From: Agathobacter sp.
GTDB taxonomy: Bacteria; Bacillota; Clostridia; Lachnospirales; Lachnospiraceae
Direction of reading: 5' to 3'
DNA: 64,000 bases
Assembly: GCA_017409825.1 (NCBI GenBank)
Contig: JAFQRZ010000013.1
Location: 1,503 to 65,502 of the forward strand
Both the position numbers and the translations under genes were made by a program. This document shows, piece by piece, positions 37,458-47,070 of the stretch; position 1 is the first letter of the stretch, and each line of letters starts with the position of its first letter. The notes below the pieces were generated by a model, which was not told the origin of the DNA, searched no databases, and saw only the letters and a list, made by a program, of their open reading frames with translations.

Positions 37458-38789
37458 TTATTTTGAAATTTCTACGGTTACATTGTTTCCTTCTACGGTA
37501 ATCGCAACAATTTCTGGATTATCGCCAGCTGGAACGCAGGTAATCTGAGCCTCTGGAATTACTGCTGGGTTACCTGAACCACAAACTAAACCGATAGAAT
37601 AATCACTTACACCAAAGTAACAGTCTGAATCAATCGCAATCACACCATTTGAAATAGCTACATTTGAAATGGTCGCTTCATCCGCAATGGTTCCTGCAAA
37701 TAAACCAAAAGTTGCACCAGTCACACGAGTACCTTTTTCAATCGTAAAGGTTACATTTTCAAATGTAAGATCTGTAATGCTTGCTTTCTTCGTAATGTTA
37801 CCAAAGAGACCTGCGTTTGCTTTTGAGTTATTTGTCTGTTTAAATTCGATGTTTGTAAATTTATGTCCATTACCTTTGATAGTTCCGGAGAATTTTCCGT
37901 ACATCAAAGAACTTGGCCAAGCTTCACCTGAGAAATCTAAGTCAGCATGAATTTCGTAGTTGCCTTTAATGCTAGCATTTTCAAGGAACTGTTCTACCGT
38001 GTAAATGTGATACCATTCACCTTCCATCCAGTCCACATAAACCTTCATTACGGTATCTTCTGCTGTACCTGTCTTTCTATCTACGTCACCATAGTGCTCT
38101 ACAATCGATGTGATAGGTTCTGTTCCTTCTTCATCATAGTAAGCACCCTGATATGTATACCCATCTCTTTCTGGGAAATTATACATCTCCATCGCACCTG
38201 TTTTCTCATCTAAAGCAGGAGCTTTGATTTCCTTTACAAGAGTTGGATCATATACATAAGTATCTACCAACTTTCCATCTTCTAAAGAGTAAAATTCAAT
38301 TTCAAATAATGGAACCCACGCTGCATAAAGTGTAAGCACTGGTTCCTGTGAGGAGTATTCCTTATCGACTACTACCTCTAAATAATCATCTTCAAAATCC
38401 CACTTTTCTCCATAGGTATAAAGTGTATTTCCATCCTCATCCTTGCCATTTTCGCTGCACTCTGCGTACCAGCCAGCAAGGAAATGTCCACTCTTCGTTA
38501 CTTGGAACGCATCATTTCCTCTCGACTTATCGTCAGGAGTAATGAGAGGAATCTCTACATAGCCATCTTCGTCTGCCTTCATATCGGAGATATTATAGGA
38601 GTCTACGATAACGGATGTATTTGTGGTGAAAACTCCACCGTTAGCGTCGAACTTGACGCTAACCGTGTAATTTTCTTCATTATTCACTTCATAAGGTGTC
38701 TTTTCGCTGCTACATGCAGTGAGCAGACACATTGCACCTAATGTCAATACAGTGAGGAATAAAACTTTAATTTTCTGTTTCATTTTCAC
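37458..38789 (-). CDS. lipoprotein with Listeria-Bacteroides (Flg_new)-type repeats and GLUG-like C-terminal region
   Basis: 443 aa. Lipobox LLTACS. VKFDANGGVF and FLAGWY repeat signatures. NAGLFGNITKKASITDLTFENV and FGLFAGTIADEATISNV. Start overlaps the protease gene end by 23 nt. Confidence 0.65.
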   Translation of the reverse strand: MKMKQKIKVLFLTVLTLGAMCLLTACSSEKTPYEVNNEENYTVSVKFDANGGVFTTNTSVIVDSYNISDMKADEDGYVEIPLITPDDKSRGNDAFQVTKSGHFLAGWYAECSENGKDEDGNTLYTYGEKWDFEDDYLEVVVDKEYSSQEPVLTLYAAWVPLFEIEFYSLEDGKLVDTYVYDPTLVKEIKAPALDEKTGAMEMYNFPERDGYTYQGAYYDEEGTEPITSIVEHYGDVDRKTGTAEDTVMKVYVDWMEGEWYHIYTVEQFLENASIKGNYEIHADLDFSGEAWPSSLMYGKFSGTIKGNGHKFTNIEFKQTNNSKANAGLFGNITKKASITDLTFENVTFTIEKGTRVTGATFGLFAGTIADEATISNVAISNGVIAIDSDCYFGVSDYSIGLVCGSGNPAVIPEAQITCVPAGDNPEIVAITVEGNNVTVEISK

Positions 38790-41700
38790 TTACCTCTTCC
38801 GGTTTCATTGCCATCTCAGCTTTTGCAGATTCTTCTGCGAGAGCTTTTTCTACTGCAGCCTTCTGTGCTTCAAATTTCGCAGCAGCATGCTTTGTAATTA
38901 CTTCTACAAGCTGTTTTCTAAATACATAGCCGAGTACTGCAAGGATTGCTACTATCACTAAGAAGATAACAAATCCATTTGGACCTTCTGGTTCTGCTGG
39001 TTTCGCTGCAGCATCCTTATCTTCCTCTTCTTTTTCCTGATTTGCTGGATCCAGAAGTTTGATACGCTGTTCTGCAGATACTAAATCACTATAGTTACTT
39101 ACAAGGCCCTGCTGCAGTGTAGTAGCAACCTTGTTGTATGCCATACGTGCTGCATCAACCAAAGCCTTATCTTCCCATTTTACTCGTTCAGGAATCTGCT
39201 TGATTGCATGAATTGCAGCCGCAGCAGCTTCATCTGGAGCCTGTGGTCCATCGATTCTTACATCGAAGTACTGATTCATGATATAGCTATCATAATGTTC
39301 GCCATTTACTGGACGGATTAATATGAGTTTGTCTTCTACATAACCTACATAATCTACGAAGTTTGCACCGTAGAATACGTTCGTGTACAAGCCACCTGTT
39401 ACATTCCACATGAAATATGGAACTAATCCCATACCATTAATTGCAACTTCATTTCCGTTGTAATCTGTGTATGTACCATAGTCACCAGAACCCGGAACAT
39501 GTTCGAATGAATCATAGTAGGTTGGGTCGTATTCTTCTTCTAAGATTGGAGCATTGTAGCTTCCAAGGATTACCGTATGTAATGCGTTACAGTCGAAAAA
39601 TGCTTTGTGACCGATTGCTTCTACTGTAAATGGAGCCTGAACCATTCCTACGTTACTTCCAGCAAACGCCATTGAAGTAATACGAACGGTGTCTTCTGGA
39701 ATCTTAACATCTTCTGGATTCAATCCTGTGTAGATGATAAGCTCCCATCCCATAGGTACTTTTGAGTAAAGAGAACCATCTACTACTTTTACCGTATCGC
39801 TAAGTTCAAATGTATACACTGGAACTTCTACTTTTACGTCGTTGATTTCTTCTTCACCCTTTGTACTAAATGGTGCCACCTGACACATTGCAAATGGGTT
39901 ATCACCAAGACTTACAAGGTCTTTTCCTAATGTAACCGTAACTGGTGTCATGCTTTCTTTCAAGAATGCCTGTGTACCAACCGTTTCTGTTTCAGAAAGG
40001 TCAATGTTTACGATAGAGGTATATGCAAATGCATAATCACCGATATTCTTAGCTTTTCCAAGGTTTTCTACGTTCGCAAGTGCTGCCGCGTAAGCGAATG
40101 CACCTTCCGCCATATCAGTACCTTTTTCGTTTAATTTTACATTTGTAAGGTTCTTATTGTTTACGAATGCGTATTCACCGATGTTTTCTGCCTTTGATAA
40201 ATCAGCCGCTAATAAATCATCTTCCATGAATGCGTAATCGCCAATTGTTTCAACTTTTGCAAGATTGATGTTCTGTAATGCGATACATCCGGCAAATGTA
40301 TATTCTGGAATTTCCTTAATCTCTTCGCCTAAGTTTACATTTACTAATTCTCTACAATAAGCAAATGCATACGCACCTACAGATTCTGCCGCACTCAAAT
40401 CTACGGCTGTAAGATTTGGTGCATAGTAAGTATAAATGTATGTACCTTCTGCGCTTACTGCTGCATAAGCCATCGAATCATCAAGACATACGTTGTATAC
40501 GTCACCAGAGAATGCATAATCTGCAACGGATTTTACTTTGGAAAGGTCAATGTTTGCCAAAGAATCACAGTTGTAGAATGCCATGTATCCGATTTCTGCG
40601 TTTGCACCTAAAGTTACATCTACAAGGCTTGCAGCATTTACGAAAGCATTTTCGCCAATTACTACATTCTTGCCAATGGTCAATGAAGTAAGTGCAGTTG
40701 CAAATGTATAGTAGAAACGTTTAGAACCATTTTCTTCGTAGCTATTCAATGTAAATGATTCGTCTTTGTTTGTACCAAATGCATATTTACCAAGTGTTAC
40801 GTCATTTCCAATCACTACAGTTGTAAGCTTGTCACATTCACTGAATACACCTTCTGCGATTTCCATTCTGTTTGGAATGGTAACAGATGTAATATCTGTG
40901 TAAGCAAATGCGTATTTGCCAATGTCTGTGCCTTTGCTAAAGTTAGGAAGTTCTGTAATAGGAACCTCGAAGAATGCATATTCTCCAATGTATTCCAGCT
41001 TGCCTAACTGTACATTTACTAAGCTTTCGTTCTGAGCAAATGCGTTGTCGCCTACTTCGTAAACGTTTGGTAATACAACCGAATTAATCTGTGTATTGTG
41101 CGAGAATGCACCGTTTCCTACTACTTCAATCTTATCATTTCCACCCATGTTCGCTGCTGAAAATTCACCAGTAAGGGTTGGAACTACAGCAACTAACTCT
41201 TTGCCCTTATCTGCTACGATATATTCGCCAGTAGGAGAAGAAAGTTTTCTGTTGCCTTTTGCGATTTCAAACTTCGAAATCTTGGTATCTCTGAATGCGA
41301 ATGCTCCGATTTCATTTACATCTTTTCCGATGACAACTTTTTCTAAGTTATCACATTCGTAGAACATACCTTCTGGAAGTACAGGCGCATTTACCGTGAA
41401 TTCTTTGATAGATTCACAGCCTGTAAATGCGTAGCTGCCATATTTCACTCTATCTGCTGTAATTGTGATGTCAGAAAGTTTCTTACATCCAGCAAATGCG
41501 TAGCTGCCGATAGAAATTAATGTATCGCCAGTCTTAATACCTGTTAATTTCTGGTTTCCAGCAAATGCATAATCCGAAATCATGTGAATAGAAGATAAAT
41601 CAAGTGTACCTTCTAATGCACAGTTTTCAAATGCATTCTGGTTGATAACCTTTATGTTGTTTTCATCACTGAAAGAAATCTTCTTAAGTGATGTACAGTT

Positions 41701-44700
41701 GTAGAACGCACCGTATTCAATGAATTCCAATGTGGAAGGAAGTACTACTTCTTCTAATGCAGTCAGATTTGCAAATGCATACGCACCAATCTTTTCTACA
41801 CCTTCTGGAATAATAACCTTGGTAATGGTGCCATCACCAATGAACCACTGCTTTGTCGCTTCTGCATCATCAAATGCAAGTTCTTCTGGTGTCTTCGCTA
41901 CATAATCAAAGTTTGCAAACGCAAAGTTTCCGATTTCTGTGAGTCTAAGGTCATCTGGAATCGTTACCAAACCACCAAGACCATAGTAATGTGTCAGACT
42001 TGAACCAGTCTTTACATAAGGTTCTTTTACTTCTACGGAAACATTTTCTGAGTAGTAAGTACTCTTTCCGTCCATCAACACTTTGACAGAAATGGAAGCA
42101 AAGCCTTCTTTCTGTGCCGTGATATGTCCTGTTGCATCTACCTTAACGATATTTTCGTTACTTGACTCAAATACTACTTCTGTATCATTTGGGAAGTATG
42201 CATCTAAATCGTAAGTCAAATACAAGGATTCGGATGGATACATGGTCAGTGAGTAGTTGCCTTCAAAGAAGTTCGTGCTGCCTGTATCACCGATTTTCTT
42301 ATCGTTACTATCCAGCATGTAGTATGCCTTTGTGGTATAGAAACCAGTCAAACGGAACACATCTGCTACTGGCTTGTCGTAACGTCTGTAGCCGTCATCT
42401 CCTTTTTCAAGGACGGTTACAGGGAATGTAATACTCTTATCCGTTGTAGGATCCTGAACCTTGACGATTGCGCTACCGCTTCTTACCGCTACCAATTTGT
42501 TGTTTACAACGCGAACAACGTTTGGTCTAGAAGAGCTGTATTCTAATAATTCATCCCATTCTGTAAGTGGGCTTACAATTGGGTCTAAGGAGTATACTTC
42601 ATTTGGACTAAGGGTAAGTCCTTCTGCCAAGCCTTCAAAATAGAAGTCTGTATAGTCATCTGGTAAACCGATTTCGTATGTTGCATAGTTCAACGCGTAG
42701 TCATAAACAGACAATACGAAGGAGTTACCATTCATTGCATTTTCTTTGATTTCCTGAATGTAATCGGTCAATTCGTATTTTACATACGTTGTGCCGTTAC
42801 GTTCAGAATAAATAGGTGTCATAAACTGTTCGAAGAGTTTGATTTCTGGTGTTGCATTACCATTCTCATCTTCGCCCATCATTACATAACCGAGCTGACC
42901 GGACATTGCATAATGGTTGTCATACACACCAACTTCTGCGTAAAGACGATTTTTCTTTAATGACTTGTCATACTCATAGTAATATTTTACATCGGTTACG
43001 GTCGGAGCTTCAAAGTCCATCGTAAGTGGGAACTCATACACGTTCTTTTCGTTGGTTGCTTTTCCACCATCTTTGCCGTAATCCATATAACCCTCTAAGC
43101 GAACAATGTATTCACTATTATTTGGAAGGTTGTATTCCATGGCATCAAATTCGATTTCGATATTGGCTGGATAAATCGAACCACCATCACCATAGGATTT
43201 ACGTACATCAGTATCTGTTGTCTCGAAAACAACTTCACCTGTTGTTTTATTTATAATAGAAACATCAATTCTCTGTGCGTTACGAAGGAGGCCTGCCCAT
43301 ACGTATCTAAGCGAATGAATCGTGCCATCCTGATTTGAAAGAGAAATATGTTCCATCTGAGAAGGGATATCCATATCTGCTGGATCCTGAAGGAAGTAGT
43401 AAGAACCAAGGTAGCTTACATAGTCTTCGCTTACACCACCGATTGGGCGTGTTGCATAAGCATCCGCTTTTGTCTTATCTTCTTCATCAATACCTTCATC
43501 TAATTCATCCGGATTGGTTTCATAATAGGTTAAGTCGAATAATGGAGCTTTTGTCCAATCGCCATAGAATGCAAGATAAGGAACATTCATATCTACCTTA
43601 GTACCAGATACCGCTTCTAAGGTAATGAAACCTTCTACATACATACCATTTTCAAAGGATTCATTTAAATACTTCTTATCTTCTTTGCCAAGCTTAATCT
43701 TCACTGTAACCTCTGCTGATTCTCCAGCTTTTACAGTTACTTTATTTCCACTTAACTTACCATTTTCTACTTTTACTACTTCAAAGCTAGCACCCTCTAA
43801 GATGTAAGCTTCTTCTGTAACAGTCGTTTCACCGGCGTTTGTCTTTGTCTCACTTACGCCTTCTGTAAATATATGTGCACCAAGTTCATAAGAGAGTTTT
43901 TTCTTTCCAAAGTTATTGATGGTAAATGTCATTTCGTATTTACCAGTTTTGTCTGGGTCATCACCAAGCTCAATCTTGGTTTTGTCCATTTCGTTGCCAT
44001 CGGCATCCTTTGTAGAGATGTAAGCAGTAGTTGCAAGAGCACTTGCTAAGTTAGCAAGACCTGCACCCTGTTTACGAACTGCATAAGGAGAACCATTTGT
44101 GTTCAACGCGATATCAGCAGTAGACATAAGAAGCTGATATACCAAAGCGGTTACTTTTACTTCGTCCTTTGCAATTTCAGGGAAGTTTTCTACTACATAC
44201 TGTCTTAAAAGAACTACTACACCAGCAAGGTTTGGACAAGCCATGGAAGTACCAGAAAGTCTGTCATACGTACCACCTGTTACAGCAGAAAGAATATTTC
44301 CGCCGTGCGCTGTGATTTCTGGTTTGATTCCAAGGTCTGGAGTAGGACCCCAAGATGAGAAGTCGGAAATGAAAGGACCAGAAGTCTGCTTACGTGCGAT
44401 TTCTAATGTACCTTTTTCCTTTGCTGCTAATACTTCACCATCGTCCTGTGAAATGGAACATACTGCAAGTGTTGCATCACCAACGTTCATCTTAATATCA
44501 CCGGATACATTGTTGTAAATGATGATACCAGCAGCCCCCTGCTCCTGTGCGATGATTGCTTTTTCTTCGAATGTATTAGAACCACGACGTACTAATACGA
44601 TTTTGCCTTTTACATCCAAGCCCGTGTAGTCGGCACTACGACCAACACCAGGGATAGTTACGTACTCAATCTTGATTTTGTCTTCTTCACCAAGCAATGT

Positions 44701-46068
44701 ATCAAAGAAGCTATTTTCTTCTGTGCCACCATCGGTAGACTCTGTGAAGTAAATAATTTCTCCATTGTATAACATATATGGTGTCTTAGTACCACTGATA
44801 GAAGCAACTGACATCGTTCCTTCATAAGTACCTGGAGAACCAACAGTACCTGTATCAGGGTTTGATGTAAGACCTAAGTTACCATTTGCTTCTGAACCAT
44901 AAGCAGAGCTGTAGCTGTTTGAAGCAGCAACGATAACGCTGATACCGGCTTCACGAATCTTATCATAAACACCATTTAAGATTTCTTCGTCTGATTCACG
45001 GCTGAAACCACAAGCAGTACCAAGTGACATATTGATTACGTCAACGCCAAGTACTACACAGTCTTCTAACGCTGCAAGAATCCATTCCGAACGAGCAGTG
45101 TCCATAACGTCAGAGAAAATCTTCATCGCTACCAACTGTGCATTTGGTGCAACACCAGTGATAGTGTCATCCTTACCAACGATAACACCAGATACGTGAG
45201 TACCATGGTTGTTGTGTGTTGAGTATGGATCTGGATCTTCATCTGCATAGTCAAATCCGAATGGAACTTTTTCATTAATATATACATCATCCACAGAAAG
45301 ACCTTCCACCATCGTGCTGGCAACTGTATCTCTCAAAACCTTCTTTACGTCATTGTAAGTAAGGCCAAGTGTTTTCGATGTAAAATTATCCACAGAAAAT
45401 GCAGAGTGGTTAGAATCCAAACCAGTATCCAAAACAGCTACTACCATACCAGAACCATCATAGCCTGAATCGGAGCTGTCAAAAATACCTGTATCTTCGT
45501 AAATGCTTACGGAGTTTTCTACAAGCTCTGTTTTGCAGGATTTGTACTCTTCACCAACGATTGCACTTTCACCATCCTTTAATACGGAACAGGTAGAAGC
45601 GAAATCACCAGCTTTGATGGTTACTGCAAAACCACTCAGCAATGTGTTGTAATCTTCACCAACAGTATATTCTACTCCAAGCTCATCTAATCTTGAAAGA
45701 ATATCTGCTTTCTTTTCATTGATGTCTGCCGTAATCTTTGCAGCATCTTCACTCTCAAGAGCATAATCTTTGAAGCTCATACTCTTGTCTGTGTCTTCAT
45801 AAGCTTCCATGATGGTGGTGTTATCTACAGTAATAATAACTGAGATTTCATCCTCATTGGTCACACCATCTGGCAAACGAAGCACAACGGAATTATCCAA
45901 ATAGTCGGAATAATCCACTTTCAGATCCTCAAGCTTTTCAATGAAGGAAGCCGAGAATTCTGAATCTGCAGCAAGTGCTGTCACAGGCAGCATCTGTGCT
46001 ACAAGACCGAAGATTAAAAGATATGCAAATGCAGATCTCATAATCTTTGCAAATGTGTTTCTTTTCAT
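38767..46068 (-). CDS. giant cell-envelope S8 serine protease (PrtP/C5a-peptidase-like) with PA insert, Big_2 domains, BspA-type LRR array and C-terminal TM anchor
   Basis: 2433 aa. Signal peptide. VAVLDTGLDSNH (D), HNNHGTHVSG (H), SGTSMACPNLAG (S). PA-domain GKIVLVRRGSNTFEEKAIIAQEQGAAGIIIYNN. Many IGxYAFxxCxxL LRR units. C-terminal FVIFLVIVAILAVLGYVF plus charged tail. No LPXTG. Confidence 0.9.
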   Translation of the reverse strand: MKRNTFAKIMRSAFAYLLIFGLVAQMLPVTALAADSEFSASFIEKLEDLKVDYSDYLDNSVVLRLPDGVTNEDEISVIITVDNTTIMEAYEDTDKSMSFKDYALESEDAAKITADINEKKADILSRLDELGVEYTVGEDYNTLLSGFAVTIKAGDFASTCSVLKDGESAIVGEEYKSCKTELVENSVSIYEDTGIFDSSDSGYDGSGMVVAVLDTGLDSNHSAFSVDNFTSKTLGLTYNDVKKVLRDTVASTMVEGLSVDDVYINEKVPFGFDYADEDPDPYSTHNNHGTHVSGVIVGKDDTITGVAPNAQLVAMKIFSDVMDTARSEWILAALEDCVVLGVDVINMSLGTACGFSRESDEEILNGVYDKIREAGISVIVAASNSYSSAYGSEANGNLGLTSNPDTGTVGSPGTYEGTMSVASISGTKTPYMLYNGEIIYFTESTDGGTEENSFFDTLLGEEDKIKIEYVTIPGVGRSADYTGLDVKGKIVLVRRGSNTFEEKAIIAQEQGAAGIIIYNNVSGDIKMNVGDATLAVCSISQDDGEVLAAKEKGTLEIARKQTSGPFISDFSSWGPTPDLGIKPEITAHGGNILSAVTGGTYDRLSGTSMACPNLAGVVVLLRQYVVENFPEIAKDEVKVTALVYQLLMSTADIALNTNGSPYAVRKQGAGLANLASALATTAYISTKDADGNEMDKTKIELGDDPDKTGKYEMTFTINNFGKKKLSYELGAHIFTEGVSETKTNAGETTVTEEAYILEGASFEVVKVENGKLSGNKVTVKAGESAEVTVKIKLGKEDKKYLNESFENGMYVEGFITLEAVSGTKVDMNVPYLAFYGDWTKAPLFDLTYYETNPDELDEGIDEEDKTKADAYATRPIGGVSEDYVSYLGSYYFLQDPADMDIPSQMEHISLSNQDGTIHSLRYVWAGLLRNAQRIDVSIINKTTGEVVFETTDTDVRKSYGDGGSIYPANIEIEFDAMEYNLPNNSEYIVRLEGYMDYGKDGGKATNEKNVYEFPLTMDFEAPTVTDVKYYYEYDKSLKKNRLYAEVGVYDNHYAMSGQLGYVMMGEDENGNATPEIKLFEQFMTPIYSERNGTTYVKYELTDYIQEIKENAMNGNSFVLSVYDYALNYATYEIGLPDDYTDFYFEGLAEGLTLSPNEVYSLDPIVSPLTEWDELLEYSSSRPNVVRVVNNKLVAVRSGSAIVKVQDPTTDKSITFPVTVLEKGDDGYRRYDKPVADVFRLTGFYTTKAYYMLDSNDKKIGDTGSTNFFEGNYSLTMYPSESLYLTYDLDAYFPNDTEVVFESSNENIVKVDATGHITAQKEGFASISVKVLMDGKSTYYSENVSVEVKEPYVKTGSSLTHYYGLGGLVTIPDDLRLTEIGNFAFANFDYVAKTPEELAFDDAEATKQWFIGDGTITKVIIPEGVEKIGAYAFANLTALEEVVLPSTLEFIEYGAFYNCTSLKKISFSDENNIKVINQNAFENCALEGTLDLSSIHMISDYAFAGNQKLTGIKTGDTLISIGSYAFAGCKKLSDITITADRVKYGSYAFTGCESIKEFTVNAPVLPEGMFYECDNLEKVVIGKDVNEIGAFAFRDTKISKFEIAKGNRKLSSPTGEYIVADKGKELVAVVPTLTGEFSAANMGGNDKIEVVGNGAFSHNTQINSVVLPNVYEVGDNAFAQNESLVNVQLGKLEYIGEYAFFEVPITELPNFSKGTDIGKYAFAYTDITSVTIPNRMEIAEGVFSECDKLTTVVIGNDVTLGKYAFGTNKDESFTLNSYEENGSKRFYYTFATALTSLTIGKNVVIGENAFVNAASLVDVTLGANAEIGYMAFYNCDSLANIDLSKVKSVADYAFSGDVYNVCLDDSMAYAAVSAEGTYIYTYYAPNLTAVDLSAAESVGAYAFAYCRELVNVNLGEEIKEIPEYTFAGCIALQNINLAKVETIGDYAFMEDDLLAADLSKAENIGEYAFVNNKNLTNVKLNEKGTDMAEGAFAYAAALANVENLGKAKNIGDYAFAYTSIVNIDLSETETVGTQAFLKESMTPVTVTLGKDLVSLGDNPFAMCQVAPFSTKGEEEINDVKVEVPVYTFELSDTVKVVDGSLYSKVPMGWELIIYTGLNPEDVKIPEDTVRITSMAFAGSNVGMVQAPFTVEAIGHKAFFDCNALHTVILGSYNAPILEEEYDPTYYDSFEHVPGSGDYGTYTDYNGNEVAINGMGLVPYFMWNVTGGLYTNVFYGANFVDYVGYVEDKLILIRPVNGEHYDSYIMNQYFDVRIDGPQAPDEAAAAAIHAIKQIPERVKWEDKALVDAARMAYNKVATTLQQGLVSNYSDLVSAEQRIKLLDPANQEKEEEDKDAAAKPAEPEGPNGFVIFLVIVAILAVLGYVFRKQLVEVITKHAAAKFEAQKAAVEKALAEESAKAEMAMKPEEVSENETEN

Positions 46069-46133
46069 TTGAATGTACCTCTTTCTCTCCTATAATTGGT
46101 CTTTATTCGTCCAAAATGTGCATAATAACACAC

Positions 46134-46163
46134 AGTATATTTAATACTACCTTATTTTGACAA
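46134..46163 (-). promoter_or_regulatory. candidate sigma-A promoter for the protease-opp operon
   Basis: Minus strand: TTGTCA (46163-46158), 18-nt spacer, TATACT (46139-46134). About 60 nt upstream of ATG 46068. Sequence match only. Confidence 0.3.
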
Positions 46164-46294
46164 AATTTGCAAGTAATCCCATGCCGTTTTGTTATATTTT
46201 TCATAATTTAATTTTATACTAGGTTTTCCTATAATTTACTTTCTTTCACTCATGTGATATACTTACTAGACAAACTTCTACGGAGGAAACATAT

Positions 46295-47065
46295 ATGACG
46301 AAAGAGTCCACGATGCGATTCCATCGCATTTATAACATTCTATTCAGTATCGTTATTATCATCGCCGGCATCTGCCTAATCATCGGTGTGTTGACGATAT
46401 ACAACTCAGGCGACCAGCCTTTTTCAAGAGAAAGCGTAGCCGCTACCTTCTCTACCATTGCTTTCCCAGTGTATCTGACATTGGTGATGGCGGTAATCAG
46501 CTTTATCTGGGAAATCATTTCCCCTTCTGATAAGGAAAAAACGCCAAAGGCAAAGGACTATCCTGCACTGCTCGCTAACCTTTATGAAAAGAAAGACTTT
46601 TCGAGTGGCGAACCTGCTATCCAGGAAGAAATTCATACCCTTTGGAAGAACAGAAAAATGCACACTATCATTCGTACCATTGTATTAGTGGTATGCAGCG
46701 CAGTCTTCTTATTCTATGCATTGAATAGTGCCAACTTCCACCAAAGCGAAATCAACGGTTCTATGATTCAAGCCATGAAGGTATTAGTTCCATGCTTCCT
46801 GATTGCCTTTGCGTATGCACTGTTTGTTGCAATCCATAACGAAAAAAGCATGGAAAAAGAAATGGAGCTTGTGAAGAAACTTCCAAGTGTTTCTGATGCA
46901 ACAGAAAATGAAATCATAACAGAAGAAAAACGTCTCAGTCCTTATCGCAACGCAATCCTTGTTGTAGCGATTATCCTGGTCGTTTATGGATTTTTAAATG
47001 GCGGTACGATTGATGTATTGGCAAAAGCCATCAACATCTGTACCGAATGTATTGGATTGGGGTGA
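46295..47065 (+). CDS. polytopic membrane protein with C-terminal CXXC tail
   Basis: 256 aa. At least 5 hydrophobic segments. Ends ...GGTIDVLAKAINICTECIGLG. GGAGGA RBS. 5 nt upstream of the next gene. Confidence 0.7.
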   Translation: MTKESTMRFHRIYNILFSIVIIIAGICLIIGVLTIYNSGDQPFSRESVAATFSTIAFPVYLTLVMAVISFIWEIISPSDKEKTPKAKDYPALLANLYEKKDFSSGEPAIQEEIHTLWKNRKMHTIIRTIVLVVCSAVFLFYALNSANFHQSEINGSMIQAMKVLVPCFLIAFAYALFVAIHNEKSMEKEMELVKKLPSVSDATENEIITEEKRLSPYRNAILVVAIILVVYGFLNGGTIDVLAKAINICTECIGLG

Positions 47066-47070
47066 TATAA

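Noticed and set aside
38767-39000. LPXTG-type sorting signal at the C-terminus of the giant S8 protease
   Set aside because: No LPXTG or PxTG motif precedes the hydrophobic segment. The helix is followed by a 60-aa charged tail, which indicates a TM anchor rather than sortase attachment.
46157-46162. Perfect TTGACA on the plus strand as the -35 for the 46295 gene
   Set aside because: No acceptable -10 lies 16-18 nt downstream (catgcc). A TATAAT at 46230-46235 has only a weak -35. The plus-strand promoter is left uncalled.
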